Positions 17,049 through 27,487 of a stretch of DNA of 64,000 nt are shown one piece after another. The notes under the pieces are model-generated. The model was given only the letters and a program-made list of their open reading frames with translations. It made no database searches and was not told where the DNA came from. The stretch covers positions 178,383 through 242,382 of the forward strand of contig DHTA01000005.1 of the NCBI GenBank assembly GCA_002408565.1. The letters are read 5' to 3'. How positions within the stretch are numbered: the stretch's first letter is position 1; every line of letters starts with the position of its first letter. This DNA comes from Patescibacteria group bacterium UBA5272. GTDB lineage: Bacteria; Patescibacteriota; Minisyncoccia; Phycocordibacterales; UBA5272. The position numbers were made by a program, and so were the translations under genes.

Positions 17049-18770
17049 TTAAAAGTTTTTAATTTTGTATATCTCTTGATATATTTGTTCTATTTTTTGA
17101 ATATCTTCTTCGGTTTTTTCTAGTTTTTTATGTAAAGACTCTTTTTCATCTTGTAAGATTTCTATCTTAAAAGCTTTGACCAGATCTCCTAATATTTCAG
17201 TTGTAAATTTCTTTTCATTTTCTATATACAATTTATTTTTTGAAATCTCTTTTTCTAAACGAATAATCTCTTGTTCTAGAATTTCTTCTGGCAAACTCTT
17301 TTTAAAATCTAAAAATCTTTCTTTGTATTTTTCTTCAGAACCAAAAAACTTATTAAAAAATTTTTCTTCTTCTAATTTCTTCCAAGTTAAAATAGCTATT
17401 ATCTCTCTCAAAAATTTGTCCTTGTCTTTTTGTTGACCGCTTGAAACTTTAGACAAAATATCATTTTCAGGATTTTCAACTTTTATCCTTTTTAAATCAT
17501 TTAAAATATCTATTTCTTGTACATTTAATTTCGAAGCCAAATACTTTATAAAGTAAGCCCTATCAATGTCACTTTCTATAGCTCTCAAAAAAGGCAAGAC
17601 TTCTTTTCGAATCTTCTTCCCCCTTTCTCTTTCATCGACCTCTTCTTCAAAAATCTTTTTCACCAAATATTCAATCAAATGAATTCTTTGGGAAATTAAA
17701 TCTTGCCAAACCGTAGCCCCAAAATCTTTTATCAAATCAGCTATATCTTTTACCTTATCCTTTTTTGGTACAACATAGACGTCTAATCCTCCATAAAGAG
17801 CTAAAAGTCCGCATTTTTTCATAGCATTTTCTCCAGCTTCATCCTGATCGAAAGAAAGTAAAACCTTGTCAGCAAATCTTTTTAAAATTTTAATATGCTC
17901 ATCGGTTACAGCTGTCCCTGAAGTTGCTACCACGTTAACAATTCCAGCCTGATGGCTCATGATTAAATCCATTTGCCCTTCCACAATAATAACCTCTCTT
18001 TTTTCGGCAATACTTTTCTTAGCCAAATCGTAACCAAAAAGAATTTTACTTTTATGATAAATTGGCGTTTCTGGTGAGTTTATATATTTTGCAACTTTCC
18101 CGTCATCAAATTTTGGTAAAATTCTAGCCGAAAAACCAACAGTATTTCCAAAAGTATTTTTGATTGGGAACATTATTCTTCCACGAAATCTGTCGAAGTA
18201 TTTTTCTTCATTTTCTTTTTTTAAAACCATTCCCCCCTCTATCATATCTTCAGGAGAAAATCCTTCTTTAGAAAGATAAATAAATATATCTCTCCAACCA
18301 AAATCTCCACCCAGAGAAAAGCCTATATTAAATTTTCCTACAGTCTCATTAGTTAAACCTCTACCACCTAAATAAGCTTTAGCTTCTGCTGAATTTTTCA
18401 AATTCTCTTCATAGTGTTTGCTAGCTTTTTGAGTAAGAGAAACTAGGTTTGACTCTTTATCTTTTTCTTCTTTTTTGTAAGGCAAAAGCTTAATCCCTGC
18501 CCTATCAGCTAAAATGGTTAAAGCTTCATAAAAAGGCACCGCTTCCATTTTTTCTACAAAAGAAAAAATATCTCCATGCTCACCACACCCAAAACAATGA
18601 TAAGTACCTCTGTCTGGAGAAATAAAAAAACTAGGTGTCTTTTCATTGTGAAAAGGACATCGAGCTTTAAACTGAGATCCTGCTTTTTCCACTCTGAGAT
18701 AAGTAGATATAACATCTAGAATGGAAAGGGCTTGTTTGACCTGGTCTTTTGGATTCATAATTAAATACAT
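17049..18770 (-). CDS. dnaG: DNA primase
   Basis: Zinc ribbon CPFHNEKTPSFFISPDRGTYHCFGCGEHGD and Toprim motif (EGQMD). It forms the classic dnaG-rpoD pair. Confidence 0.9.
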   Translation of the reverse strand: MYLIMNPKDQVKQALSILDVISTYLRVEKAGSQFKARCPFHNEKTPSFFISPDRGTYHCFGCGEHGDIFSFVEKMEAVPFYEALTILADRAGIKLLPYKKEEKDKESNLVSLTQKASKHYEENLKNSAEAKAYLGGRGLTNETVGKFNIGFSLGGDFGWRDIFIYLSKEGFSPEDMIEGGMVLKKENEEKYFDRFRGRIMFPIKNTFGNTVGFSARILPKFDDGKVAKYINSPETPIYHKSKILFGYDLAKKSIAEKREVIIVEGQMDLIMSHQAGIVNVVATSGTAVTDEHIKILKRFADKVLLSFDQDEAGENAMKKCGLLALYGGLDVYVVPKKDKVKDIADLIKDFGATVWQDLISQRIHLIEYLVKKIFEEEVDERERGKKIRKEVLPFLRAIESDIDRAYFIKYLASKLNVQEIDILNDLKRIKVENPENDILSKVSSGQQKDKDKFLREIIAILTWKKLEEEKFFNKFFGSEEKYKERFLDFKKSLPEEILEQEIIRLEKEISKNKLYIENEKKFTTEILGDLVKAFKIEILQDEKESLHKKLEKTEEDIQKIEQIYQEIYKIKNF

Positions 18771-18880
18771 TTTAACAAAAATTGGTGAAATAGGGAAAAA
18801 AATTGCTCTTTACAAAAACCTAATAATATATTATATTTCATATTAGTAAACTGAGTTAAAACAATTAAAATTCTTTTAAA

Positions 18881-19417
18881 ATGGAATCAGAATCAGGAGA
18901 AAAAAAATTGGAGATTATAATTACTAAATTATTAGTAATTATCTTTCTTGGTGTTATTTTAGCAATAGGCTACAAAGCTTTTAAAACTACATTTGTGAAT
19001 ATCTTTGAGCTGATTGTAAATCCTTTTTTGGACAAGCCTCTTCCATCGATGAATATTTTCAAATTCATCTGGTATATGTTTTTTATTTCTGTTTGCGGGG
19101 TTTTTACTAGCGGTTTTATTGCTATAGGAATTATTAGCTCAAGAGACCTTGATGAGTTTAGGGAAAACAAAAGTACTGGAGCTTTCAGAAAAGTTCGAAA
19201 CGTGATATCTGATTACTATCTACCAAGGGGTTTAAGATTTTTCTGGCTATTTGGTTTGTTTTATGTTTTTCTTGTACTAATATTAGGACAAAAACTGTCT
19301 TTCTTTGAAGGAATCTATATCTGGGGAATATCTTATTTCCTTTTAGTTACTATTTATATTTGTATAAATACCATTATAGATTCTTTTATAGTTAAAGTAA
19401 AAAACGGCTCAATTTGA
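18881..19417 (+). CDS. hypothetical polytopic membrane protein (178 aa)
   Basis: Several hydrophobic segments and no recognisable domain. This is the only gene in the window ending in TGA, and an in-frame TAA follows 5 codons later. Confidence 0.45.
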   Translation: MESESGEKKLEIIITKLLVIIFLGVILAIGYKAFKTTFVNIFELIVNPFLDKPLPSMNIFKFIWYMFFISVCGVFTSGFIAIGIISSRDLDEFRENKSTGAFRKVRNVISDYYLPRGLRFFWLFGLFYVFLVLILGQKLSFFEGIYIWGISYFLLVTIYICINTIIDSFIVKVKNGSI

Positions 19418-19428
19418 GCCGTTTTTTT
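19405..19428 (+). terminator. rho-independent terminator overlapping the stop codon
   Basis: CGGCTCA-ATT-TGAGCCG followed by TTTTTTT. The TGA stop sits inside the stem. Confidence 0.5.
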
Positions 19429-19451
19429 GTAAGAAAATATAATTAATTGTC

Positions 19452-22400
19452 TTAATTATTCTCCTGATCTATTCCTGTACCTGCTGGAATAATTCTGCCA
19501 ATGATAACATTTTCTTTCAAACCGTAAAGTTTATCAATTTGACCCCTAGTTGAAGCATTGATAAGAACTTTGGTTGTGTGTTGGAAAGAAGCAGAAGACA
19601 ACCAAGAGTTTGTTGTTAGAGCTACTTCAGAAATGCCAAGAATCAAATTATCCCCTTCCGCCACTTTACCTCCCTCGACTTTAACTCTGTCATTTTCAAC
19701 TCTAAAATCATAAACTTCTACGACTTCACCTTGAGTAAAGGTTGTATCTCCCACATCTTTGATTTTTATTCTAGAAAACATTTGTTTAATAATAAGTTCA
19801 ATATGTTTTCTGGAAATTGAAGCTCCTTGAAGTTCATAGACTTTATTTAATTCATTAATAATGTATTCTTCTGTAGTTTCTCTATCAGCCAACTCATAAA
19901 GTTGTTCAATATTTAGAGAACCATCTGTCAAAGCTTGTCCTTTCTTTACTTTATCCCCAACTTTGACAATAGGTCTTCTGGAGTACGCCATGTCGTATTC
20001 AATTTTAAGACCTTTTTTCTTAGCTGCGGCATAAGAGTTATCATCGTCACTCAAGACAACAATTTTTTTCATTTTCTTCTCTCTGATTATTTCTACCACC
20101 TCTCCATTCGATAAAGAAATCACTCCAGGGTTTTTAGGAGAACGTCTTTCAAATATTTCTGCCACGCGAGGAAGTCCTTGAGTAATGTCCACTCCAGCCA
20201 CTCCTCCTGAATGGAAGGTACGCATAGTAAGCTGAGTTCCTGGCTCTCCAATCGCTTGAGCAGCCACTATACCAACAGCTTCACCGACTTTCACAGCCTC
20301 ATTTCTAGCCAAGTCCAATCCGTAACATTTTTGACAAACACCTCTTAGAGACTCACAAGATAAAGGAGAAAAAACAAAAGCTTCTTCTATACCTTTTCCT
20401 TCTATTGCTCTAGCATCTTCTTTTTTCATCAAATGTCCCTTTTTGAATAAAACTTTTCCTTCTCTGTCTAACAAATCTTCAGCCAAAACTCTGCCGCGAA
20501 TACTTTTAGAAAGTGGAATTTCAATTCCTAAAACATTTTCTGTCTTTAATAATTTTCCTTTTTTAATTCCACAATCCTCTTCCGAGATTACTAAATCTTG
20601 AGAGACATCTACCAATCTTCGAGTCAAATAGCCAGCCTCAGCTGTTTTAAGAGCGGTGTCAGAAGTACCTTTTCTCGCTCCATAAGTAGTAATAAAATAT
20701 TCGATAGGAGAAAGTCCTTCCTTATTTGAAGAGATGATTGGGAAATCGATATTTCTTCCGAGAGAGTTTGCAATAATACCTTTCATACCTCCAATCTGCA
20801 CAAGTTGTTTCATTGAACCTCTAGCTCCAGAAGTGACCAAGTTATAAACTGAACCGTATTTCTCAATAGATTTGGTTGGCATAATAGCTTCAATTTCTTT
20901 TCTAATACTCAACCAATTTTCAATAACTTTATCATATTTCTCTTCTTCAGAAAGATATCCCTCTTCAAAATGATGATTAATTTTTTGTTCTTCTTTTTTT
21001 CCTTTTGCAACAATGTCTGTTTTTTCTTCAGGGACTTTTACAGCATCAATACTCCAAGTTGTACCAGAAATTGTCGCATACTTAAATCCAAACGCTTTAA
21101 TTTTGTCTATAATTTTTGGCGCTGAGTCAAAACCATATTGAATAATTATTTTGTCTACAATTTTATTCATACTGTTTCCACCAACCTGTTCATTGATATA
21201 TTCAAAATCATCTGGAAGAATAGAGTTAAATAATAATCTACCTACAGTTGTGGCGAATCTTTTTCCTTCAAACTTTGAGTATTTAACTTTGGAAGTTGGA
21301 ATTACTTCAATTTTTGCTCTAATATCCAAGATGCCAAATTCGTGAGCGGTAATAGCATCGTTTGGTGAAGCAAAATATTTTCCTTCTCCTTTAGCTCCTT
21401 CAATTTCAGTTGTAAGCCAAAAACATCCCAAAATCATATCCATACGAGGATTTACAATAGAATCCCCTGAACCAGGTTTAAGCAAGTTTTTATTAGAAGC
21501 CATAATCTCCCTCGCCTCTCTTTGAGCATTTTCAGACAAAGGAAGATGCACAGCCATCTGGTCGCCATCAAAGTCAGCGTTGAAAGCTGTACAAACAAGA
21601 GGGTGAAGCTGAATAGCGTTTCCCTCAATCATTTTTGGCTTGAAAGCTTGTATACCCAATCTGTGTAAAGTTGGTGCACGGTTGAGAAGTACATACTTAC
21701 CTTCTATAACTTCTTCTAAAATTTCCCAAACTTCTGGAATACCATCTTCTATCAATTTGTTAGCTCCACGAATATTAAAGGTAAATTCTCTTTCTAAAAG
21801 TTTAGAAATTACAAAAGGTTTAAATAATTCAAGAACCATATGCTTTGGGAGTCCACATTCATCAAGTGCAAGATCTGGACCAATAACAATTACTGAACGA
21901 CCGGAATAGTCTACACGTTTTCCAAGAAGATTTTGTCTAAAAAGTCCGGATTTGGATTTGATGTTATCAGCAATAGATTTAAGTTGTCTTTTTTGTCCAA
22001 CTATAGTCATAGCTTCCTGCCCTCTTCTCATAGAGTTGTCTATCAAAGCATCTACCGCTTCTTGCAGAATTCTCTTTTCATTTCTCAAAATAACGTCTGG
22101 AGCATTAATTTCTCTCAATTTTAAAAGACGATTATTTCTATTAATTACTCTTCGATAGAGATCATTCACATCACTAGTCGCATACCTTCCTCCTTCCAAA
22201 GCTACCATTGGACGAATTCCTGGGGGAATAACCGGAAGAGTTGTTAAGAACATCCATTCTGGACGAATTTCAGCATTTTTAAAAGCTCTCACCAAAGAAA
22301 GTCTCTTTTCCTCTTTTTCTCGTTCAATAGAAGAAATTTTTACTAATTTTGCTTCTATTTCTTTTTCTAAATCATCTAAATTAATATTTTTGAAAATATT

Positions 22401-23057
22401 GTAAATCGCTTCAGCCCCAATTTCTGCTTCGAAAGCAATACTATATCTCATAGAGTATCTGTGATAAGTAATTTCATCGAGTATCTTTTTTTCACGAATA
22501 TCTTCAATTTCTTTTTTGGTAGCCAACATTAACTCTTTTAACTTTTCTTTAGTCTTTTCATCTGTTGCTGATTTAATTTTAGCTTTAAATTCAGAATCAA
22601 GATTCTTTAAAAGTTCTTCTTTTTCTCGTTGGTTAACTTTGGTAATAATATAATTTGCAAAATAAATTACCTTTTCCACTTCACCAGTTGGTTCACCTAA
22701 AATAAGAGCTATTCTAGAAGGAATACCTCTTAGAAACCAAATATGTGCTACAGGAGTATCCAACTCAATATGGCCCATTCTTTCACGGCGAACAATAGAT
22801 TTAGTAACCTCAACTCCACATTTTTCACAAACTATATCCTTATATCTAATTCTTCTATATTTACCACAATAACATTCGTAGTCTTTCTCTGGACCGAAAA
22901 TCTTTTCATCAAATAATCCAGCTCTTTCACTTCTACCAGTACGATAGTTAATAGTTTCTGGTTTGGTCACTTCTCCAAAACTCCAAGAACGAATAGATTC
23001 TGGTGAGGCAATTTTTATTTGTAAAGCGTCAAAATCTGTTGTATCAATTGTTTTCAT
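19452..23057 (-). CDS. rpoC: DNA-directed RNA polymerase subunit beta'
   Basis: 1201 aa. Catalytic NADFDGDQMAVH and beta'-wide conservation. Confidence 0.95.
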   Translation of the reverse strand: MKTIDTTDFDALQIKIASPESIRSWSFGEVTKPETINYRTGRSERAGLFDEKIFGPEKDYECYCGKYRRIRYKDIVCEKCGVEVTKSIVRRERMGHIELDTPVAHIWFLRGIPSRIALILGEPTGEVEKVIYFANYIITKVNQREKEELLKNLDSEFKAKIKSATDEKTKEKLKELMLATKKEIEDIREKKILDEITYHRYSMRYSIAFEAEIGAEAIYNIFKNINLDDLEKEIEAKLVKISSIEREKEEKRLSLVRAFKNAEIRPEWMFLTTLPVIPPGIRPMVALEGGRYATSDVNDLYRRVINRNNRLLKLREINAPDVILRNEKRILQEAVDALIDNSMRRGQEAMTIVGQKRQLKSIADNIKSKSGLFRQNLLGKRVDYSGRSVIVIGPDLALDECGLPKHMVLELFKPFVISKLLEREFTFNIRGANKLIEDGIPEVWEILEEVIEGKYVLLNRAPTLHRLGIQAFKPKMIEGNAIQLHPLVCTAFNADFDGDQMAVHLPLSENAQREAREIMASNKNLLKPGSGDSIVNPRMDMILGCFWLTTEIEGAKGEGKYFASPNDAITAHEFGILDIRAKIEVIPTSKVKYSKFEGKRFATTVGRLLFNSILPDDFEYINEQVGGNSMNKIVDKIIIQYGFDSAPKIIDKIKAFGFKYATISGTTWSIDAVKVPEEKTDIVAKGKKEEQKINHHFEEGYLSEEEKYDKVIENWLSIRKEIEAIMPTKSIEKYGSVYNLVTSGARGSMKQLVQIGGMKGIIANSLGRNIDFPIISSNKEGLSPIEYFITTYGARKGTSDTALKTAEAGYLTRRLVDVSQDLVISEEDCGIKKGKLLKTENVLGIEIPLSKSIRGRVLAEDLLDREGKVLFKKGHLMKKEDARAIEGKGIEEAFVFSPLSCESLRGVCQKCYGLDLARNEAVKVGEAVGIVAAQAIGEPGTQLTMRTFHSGGVAGVDITQGLPRVAEIFERRSPKNPGVISLSNGEVVEIIREKKMKKIVVLSDDDNSYAAAKKKGLKIEYDMAYSRRPIVKVGDKVKKGQALTDGSLNIEQLYELADRETTEEYIINELNKVYELQGASISRKHIELIIKQMFSRIKIKDVGDTTFTQGEVVEVYDFRVENDRVKVEGGKVAEGDNLILGISEVALTTNSWLSSASFQHTTKVLINASTRGQIDKLYGLKENVIIGRIIPAGTGIDQENN

Positions 23058-23094
23058 ATTTTTATTTTAATTATTTTAAATTTTTAGCTTTTAA

Positions 23095-26000
23095 TTAATC
23101 TTTAATTTCGATTACATCGTCCTCACCTAACAATTTCTCTTTTCGACCTTTTGTTTTTTTCTCTTCTTTAACCAAAGGAACCACATCTAAAGCTAAACCT
23201 CTTAAAGTATTTAAAAGCACGTTTAGAGAAGCTGGAGTATTTGGTTCTTTAATTGGTTCGTTCTTAATAATGCTATTAAAGGCATCGGATCTACCCACAA
23301 TATCATCTGATTTTATTGTTAAAATCTCACGAAGTGTATAAGCTGCTCCGTAACCTTCCAAAGCCCAAACTTCCATCTCTCCAAATCTCTGACCTCCATT
23401 CTGAGATTTACCACCAAGAGGTTGTTGAGTAATAAGAGAGTATGGACCGATGCTTCTAGCGTGAATTTTATCTTCTACCATATGATGAAGTTTCAACATA
23501 TACATGATTCCTATAGCCACTTTGTCTGCAAACTTTTGTCCAGTTCTACCATCATATAAATCAACAGTACCTGAGGCATCGTATCCAGCTTTGACTAATT
23601 CTTCTTTAATTTCATCATCAGTTGCCCCAGAAAAGACTGGAGTTATAGCTTGATAATTTAAAGTTTGTGCCGCAAGTCCTAAATGCATCTCTAAAATCTG
23701 CCCAATATTCATACGACTAGGAATACCGAGGGGGGTAAGAATAATATCTACCGGTTGACCGTCAGCTGTAAACGGCATATCTTCTTCTGGTAAAACAGTA
23801 GAAATGACTCCTTTATTTCCGTGTCTTCCCGCTAACTTGTCTCCAACAGAAATGTCACGAAGTTGAGCCACTTCAATGTGAATTCTTTTAATTACACCGC
23901 TCTCCAATTGGTCTCCTCTTTCACGAGAGAAAACTTTAATTCCTATCACCCTACCTCTTTTTCCATTACTCAATCTAAGAGAAGTATCTTTCACATCTCT
24001 AATTTTTTCTCCAAAAATACTTCGAAGCAGTCTTTCTTCTGGAGTCAATTCAGTTTCTCCTTTTGGAGTAATTTTGCCGACTAAAATATCCCCTGTTCGA
24101 ATATCAGCGCCAATTCTAATAATTCCATCTTCGTCAAGATTTTTTAATTTAGCTTCACCTACATTTGGAATATCATTAGTAGTAACTTCAGCGCCTAATT
24201 TTGTATCACGGACATTACAAATAAATTCTTCCACATGAATTGATGAAAACTTTTTCTCTCTAACTAATTTTTCAGAAATAATAATAGCGTCTTCATAATT
24301 TGCCCCATTCCAACTCATAAAAGCTACACGAACATTGTGTCCTATCGCAATTTGTCCTCCTCTGGTTGAAGAAGAGTCAGCAATCACTTGTCCTTTTTTA
24401 ATTTTGTCACCAATATTTACAATCGGCCTTTGATAAAAGACTGTAAAATTATTAGTTCTAGAAAAGTTAACCAAATTGTAAGTTTTCTTTTTGCCTTTAT
24501 TGTCAGTAACTATAATTTTATTAGAATCCACATAGTCCACCTGTCCAGCCTCTTCCGCTAAAACAATTCTCCCAATATGTTTGGCCGATTCTTCTTCCAT
24601 ACCTGTCGCCACATAAGGGGCTTCAGCCAGAATCAAAGGAACTGTTTGACGTTGCATATTTGAACCCATGGAAGCACGAGCCGCGTCGTCATGCTCTAAA
24701 AATGGAATCATGTTTGTGGCTATAGAATAAGCTTGATTTGGTGCCACGTCTATATATTCCACATCTTTTCTGGAAACCGTAGAAGGGTGACCATTTTTTC
24801 TAGCCTGAACAAACTCATCTGTAATTTCACCTTTTTCATTGTAATGAATAGCCGCGTGAGCAATAGTTGTGGACTCTTCTTGCAGAGCATTTAAATAACT
24901 AATTTCTTGAGTAATTTTTCCATTTTTGACTTTTACATAAGGAGTTTCAATAATTCCAAACTCATTAATTTTTGCGTAAGTCGCCAACCTTAAAATAAGT
25001 CCCACATTTGCTCCGTCTGGAGTTTGAATTGGACAAACTCTACCATAGTGAGAAGTGTGCACATCTCTCACTTCAAATCCAGCTCTTTCTTTAGAAAGCC
25101 CACCTGGTCCAAGCGCTGACAAAGTTCTAAGACTTTCAATTTCTGAAAGCAAGTTCTCTTGATTCATTAATTGGGAAAGTTGATTCACTGTAAAAAACTC
25201 TTTGATTCTAGCTTGAAGAGGTCTTTGATTAATCACTGAGGCTGGCATACTAGTGTCTGTATCAATGACTGACATTTTTTCTTGGACGTATCTTTTAATT
25301 TGTAGCATCCCTTTTTTAATCCTCATCCCCAGCATTTCTCCAACAAAACGAACCCTTCTGGAAGCTAGATGGTCTATATCGTCAGCTTGAGCATCAGGAT
25401 CATTATTTAATTTAATGAGATGGTCAATAACCAAAACAATGTCTTCTTTAGAAAGATTCATTCTTTTCATCTCTTTTCCTTCTAGAGAAAGATTAAATCT
25501 CTTATTAAAACGAAGTCTTCCAATAGGAGAAAGATCGTATCTTTCTTTAGAAAAAAGTGAGAGTATATATGATTTTGCATTTTCCACTGTAGCCAAATCT
25601 CCATCCCTCAATTTTTTATAGACATCAATATAAGCTTCGTCAGCTGTTTTGATTGGATCTTTTTCTACCAAATTCATTATATAAGCTTTAGCTAAATCTT
25701 TTCCCTCAAAAGCTCTTTCAATGTCTTTGTCAGTAGAGAAACCTAGAGCTCTCAAGAAAGAAACTACAGAGAATTTTCTTTTCTTATCAATCTTCACAAA
25801 CATTTCATTATCGTCATCAGTGATAATTTCTACCCAAGCTCCACGATTTGGAACAATTTTAGCTGAGAAATATTTTTTCCCATTGATTTCTTCAAAATCA
25901 AAAAATTCCCCAGCGCTTCTAGCGAGTTGAGGAATTATTACCCTTTCAACACCGTTGATAATAAAAGTACCATGCACTGTCATCATAGGAAAAGAAGCTA

Positions 26001-26355
26001 GGAAAATCTCCTGTTCTTTTTCTATACCTAAAATTTTATTTTTAAGTAAAACCCTAGCTCTTAAAGGAGCTTCATAAGTTACATTATTATCTTTAGCATA
26101 CTCTTCCGTATACTTTGGTTCAGAAAGTTCAAAAGATAAAATTTCTAATTCAAACTTTTTTTCTGTGTAATCTTTTATAGGATTCAATTCTTTTAAAATT
26201 ATTCCTAAGTCTTCTTCTATAAGTTTTTTAAAAGAAGAAAGTTGGTTTTCCACAAGATTAGGCAGCTCAATAAATGGCTTTCTAAATTGCGAAAATGTCT
26301 TTTTTGGTAAGCTAGCTACCAAAAGATTTGAGTCGACATTTTTTATTTTAGACAT
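23095..26355 (-). CDS. rpoB: DNA-directed RNA polymerase subunit beta
   Basis: 1086 aa. Conserved beta-subunit blocks (e.g. GEMEVWALEGYGAAYTL, SRMNIGQILE). Confidence 0.95.
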   Translation of the reverse strand: MSKIKNVDSNLLVASLPKKTFSQFRKPFIELPNLVENQLSSFKKLIEEDLGIILKELNPIKDYTEKKFELEILSFELSEPKYTEEYAKDNNVTYEAPLRARVLLKNKILGIEKEQEIFLASFPMMTVHGTFIINGVERVIIPQLARSAGEFFDFEEINGKKYFSAKIVPNRGAWVEIITDDDNEMFVKIDKKRKFSVVSFLRALGFSTDKDIERAFEGKDLAKAYIMNLVEKDPIKTADEAYIDVYKKLRDGDLATVENAKSYILSLFSKERYDLSPIGRLRFNKRFNLSLEGKEMKRMNLSKEDIVLVIDHLIKLNNDPDAQADDIDHLASRRVRFVGEMLGMRIKKGMLQIKRYVQEKMSVIDTDTSMPASVINQRPLQARIKEFFTVNQLSQLMNQENLLSEIESLRTLSALGPGGLSKERAGFEVRDVHTSHYGRVCPIQTPDGANVGLILRLATYAKINEFGIIETPYVKVKNGKITQEISYLNALQEESTTIAHAAIHYNEKGEITDEFVQARKNGHPSTVSRKDVEYIDVAPNQAYSIATNMIPFLEHDDAARASMGSNMQRQTVPLILAEAPYVATGMEEESAKHIGRIVLAEEAGQVDYVDSNKIIVTDNKGKKKTYNLVNFSRTNNFTVFYQRPIVNIGDKIKKGQVIADSSSTRGGQIAIGHNVRVAFMSWNGANYEDAIIISEKLVREKKFSSIHVEEFICNVRDTKLGAEVTTNDIPNVGEAKLKNLDEDGIIRIGADIRTGDILVGKITPKGETELTPEERLLRSIFGEKIRDVKDTSLRLSNGKRGRVIGIKVFSRERGDQLESGVIKRIHIEVAQLRDISVGDKLAGRHGNKGVISTVLPEEDMPFTADGQPVDIILTPLGIPSRMNIGQILEMHLGLAAQTLNYQAITPVFSGATDDEIKEELVKAGYDASGTVDLYDGRTGQKFADKVAIGIMYMLKLHHMVEDKIHARSIGPYSLITQQPLGGKSQNGGQRFGEMEVWALEGYGAAYTLREILTIKSDDIVGRSDAFNSIIKNEPIKEPNTPASLNVLLNTLRGLALDVVPLVKEEKKTKGRKEKLLGEDDVIEIKD

Positions 26356-26468
26356 ATTTAAAATAAGCGTTTAAAAATAAATATTACAAAATTCAAAAAA
26401 CGAACATTCTTGGTTCACCAAAAAACATAGCGAACCCGCTCTTTATTTAGATTTTTAATATTTAACTA

Positions 26469-26492
26469 ATAATAATTTCGAAATTATTATTG
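26469..26492. repeat. 24-bp perfect palindrome in the rpoB leader
   Basis: AATAATAATTTCGAAATTATTATT equals its own reverse complement. Next to it are TGAGTCA and a TTGAGT/ACTCAA stem. Confidence 0.3.
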
Positions 26493-26599
26493 ACTTGAGT
26501 CACCCACAAAACTCAAACCTGGTAGGATAGAAGATAAGCATCTCGTCAATATTGAAAATATTTTATCATATTAAATAATTCTTTGCAAGAATTTTGCAG

Positions 26600-26630
26600 C
26601 AAAAAGAATATCTTATTAAGATATTCTTTT
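26600..26630 (-). terminator. terminator hairpin downstream of the aquaporin gene
   Basis: AAGAATATCTT-ATT-AAGATATTCTT forms an 11-bp perfect stem with a T-run on the minus strand. Confidence 0.45.
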
Positions 26631-26671
26631 AAAACACTTATTTTATTTAAGTTTTATTAAAAACTTAAAAG

Positions 26672-27367
26672 TTAGTTATTTGGGTTATCAGTTTTACGTC
26701 TTCTATCTCTACCAAATACAAAAATGTGAACAAAATAAGCCAAAACTGCCCCAAATATAGGAGATATGACAAACAACCCCAGTTGATCAAGGTTTTGCCC
26801 AGAAACTAAAGCTGGACCAATTGACCTTGCAGGATTGAGAGAAGCGCCAGTTAAAGGCATAGCTACTATATATGTGGCAAACAAAGCGATACCGTAAGCT
26901 AAAGGAATTGAATCTTTAGACCAATTAGTTCTTGTGGTGTCGAGGACAGCCAAACAAAATACCATGGTCATAATAATTTCAATAAGGGCTCCGGCGATAA
27001 CCCCGACACCAGAACTGAGGGCGTTAGTAGCAAAGCCAGTGTTCACAATTAATGCGCCATTTGTCATATTTGAGACAATAGCAAACAATATTGCTGAACC
27101 AAGAATAGCTCCAACAATCTGGGCAACTATATAACCAAGAACTTTATTCCACGGAAATTTTCCAGATAAAGCCAATGTTAAGGTTATTGCAGGGTTAACA
27201 TGTGCCCCGGAAACACCATCGATTAAATAAACTACGACGGTGAGTCCAAAACCAAAAGCCAAAGCAATTCCTAATACTCCGATTGATCTGCCGGCAAAAA
27301 TAGTTGCCCCGCAACCGATTAAGACTAAAAGAGCTGTACCAATAAGTTCTCCAATATAAGCTTTCAT
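26672..27367 (-). CDS. MIP-family aquaporin/glycerol facilitator
   Basis: Two NPA boxes (SGAHVNPAITL and NPARSIGPAL) and six TM segments. Confidence 0.85.
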   Translation of the reverse strand: MKAYIGELIGTALLVLIGCGATIFAGRSIGVLGIALAFGFGLTVVVYLIDGVSGAHVNPAITLTLALSGKFPWNKVLGYIVAQIVGAILGSAILFAIVSNMTNGALIVNTGFATNALSSGVGVIAGALIEIIMTMVFCLAVLDTTRTNWSKDSIPLAYGIALFATYIVAMPLTGASLNPARSIGPALVSGQNLDQLGLFVISPIFGAVLAYFVHIFVFGRDRRRKTDNPNN

Positions 27368-27487
27368 AAAATTAACTAATATTAAAATATTATTAATGTT
27401 AATAACGCTGATAAATAATAGCTATTAACAATATAATTATAACAATTAATTACTCTTGCCTAGACTTTACAGAAATATTTTTCGTGT

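Noticed and set aside
19452-26355. Numerous 60-110-aa ORFs antisense to rpoC/rpoB (e.g. 21640-21909, 23863-24084) and similar ones inside uvrA, uvrB, leuS and nrd
   Set aside because: They are typical shadow ORFs on the opposite strand of highly expressed long genes, with low-complexity S/F/L-rich translations.
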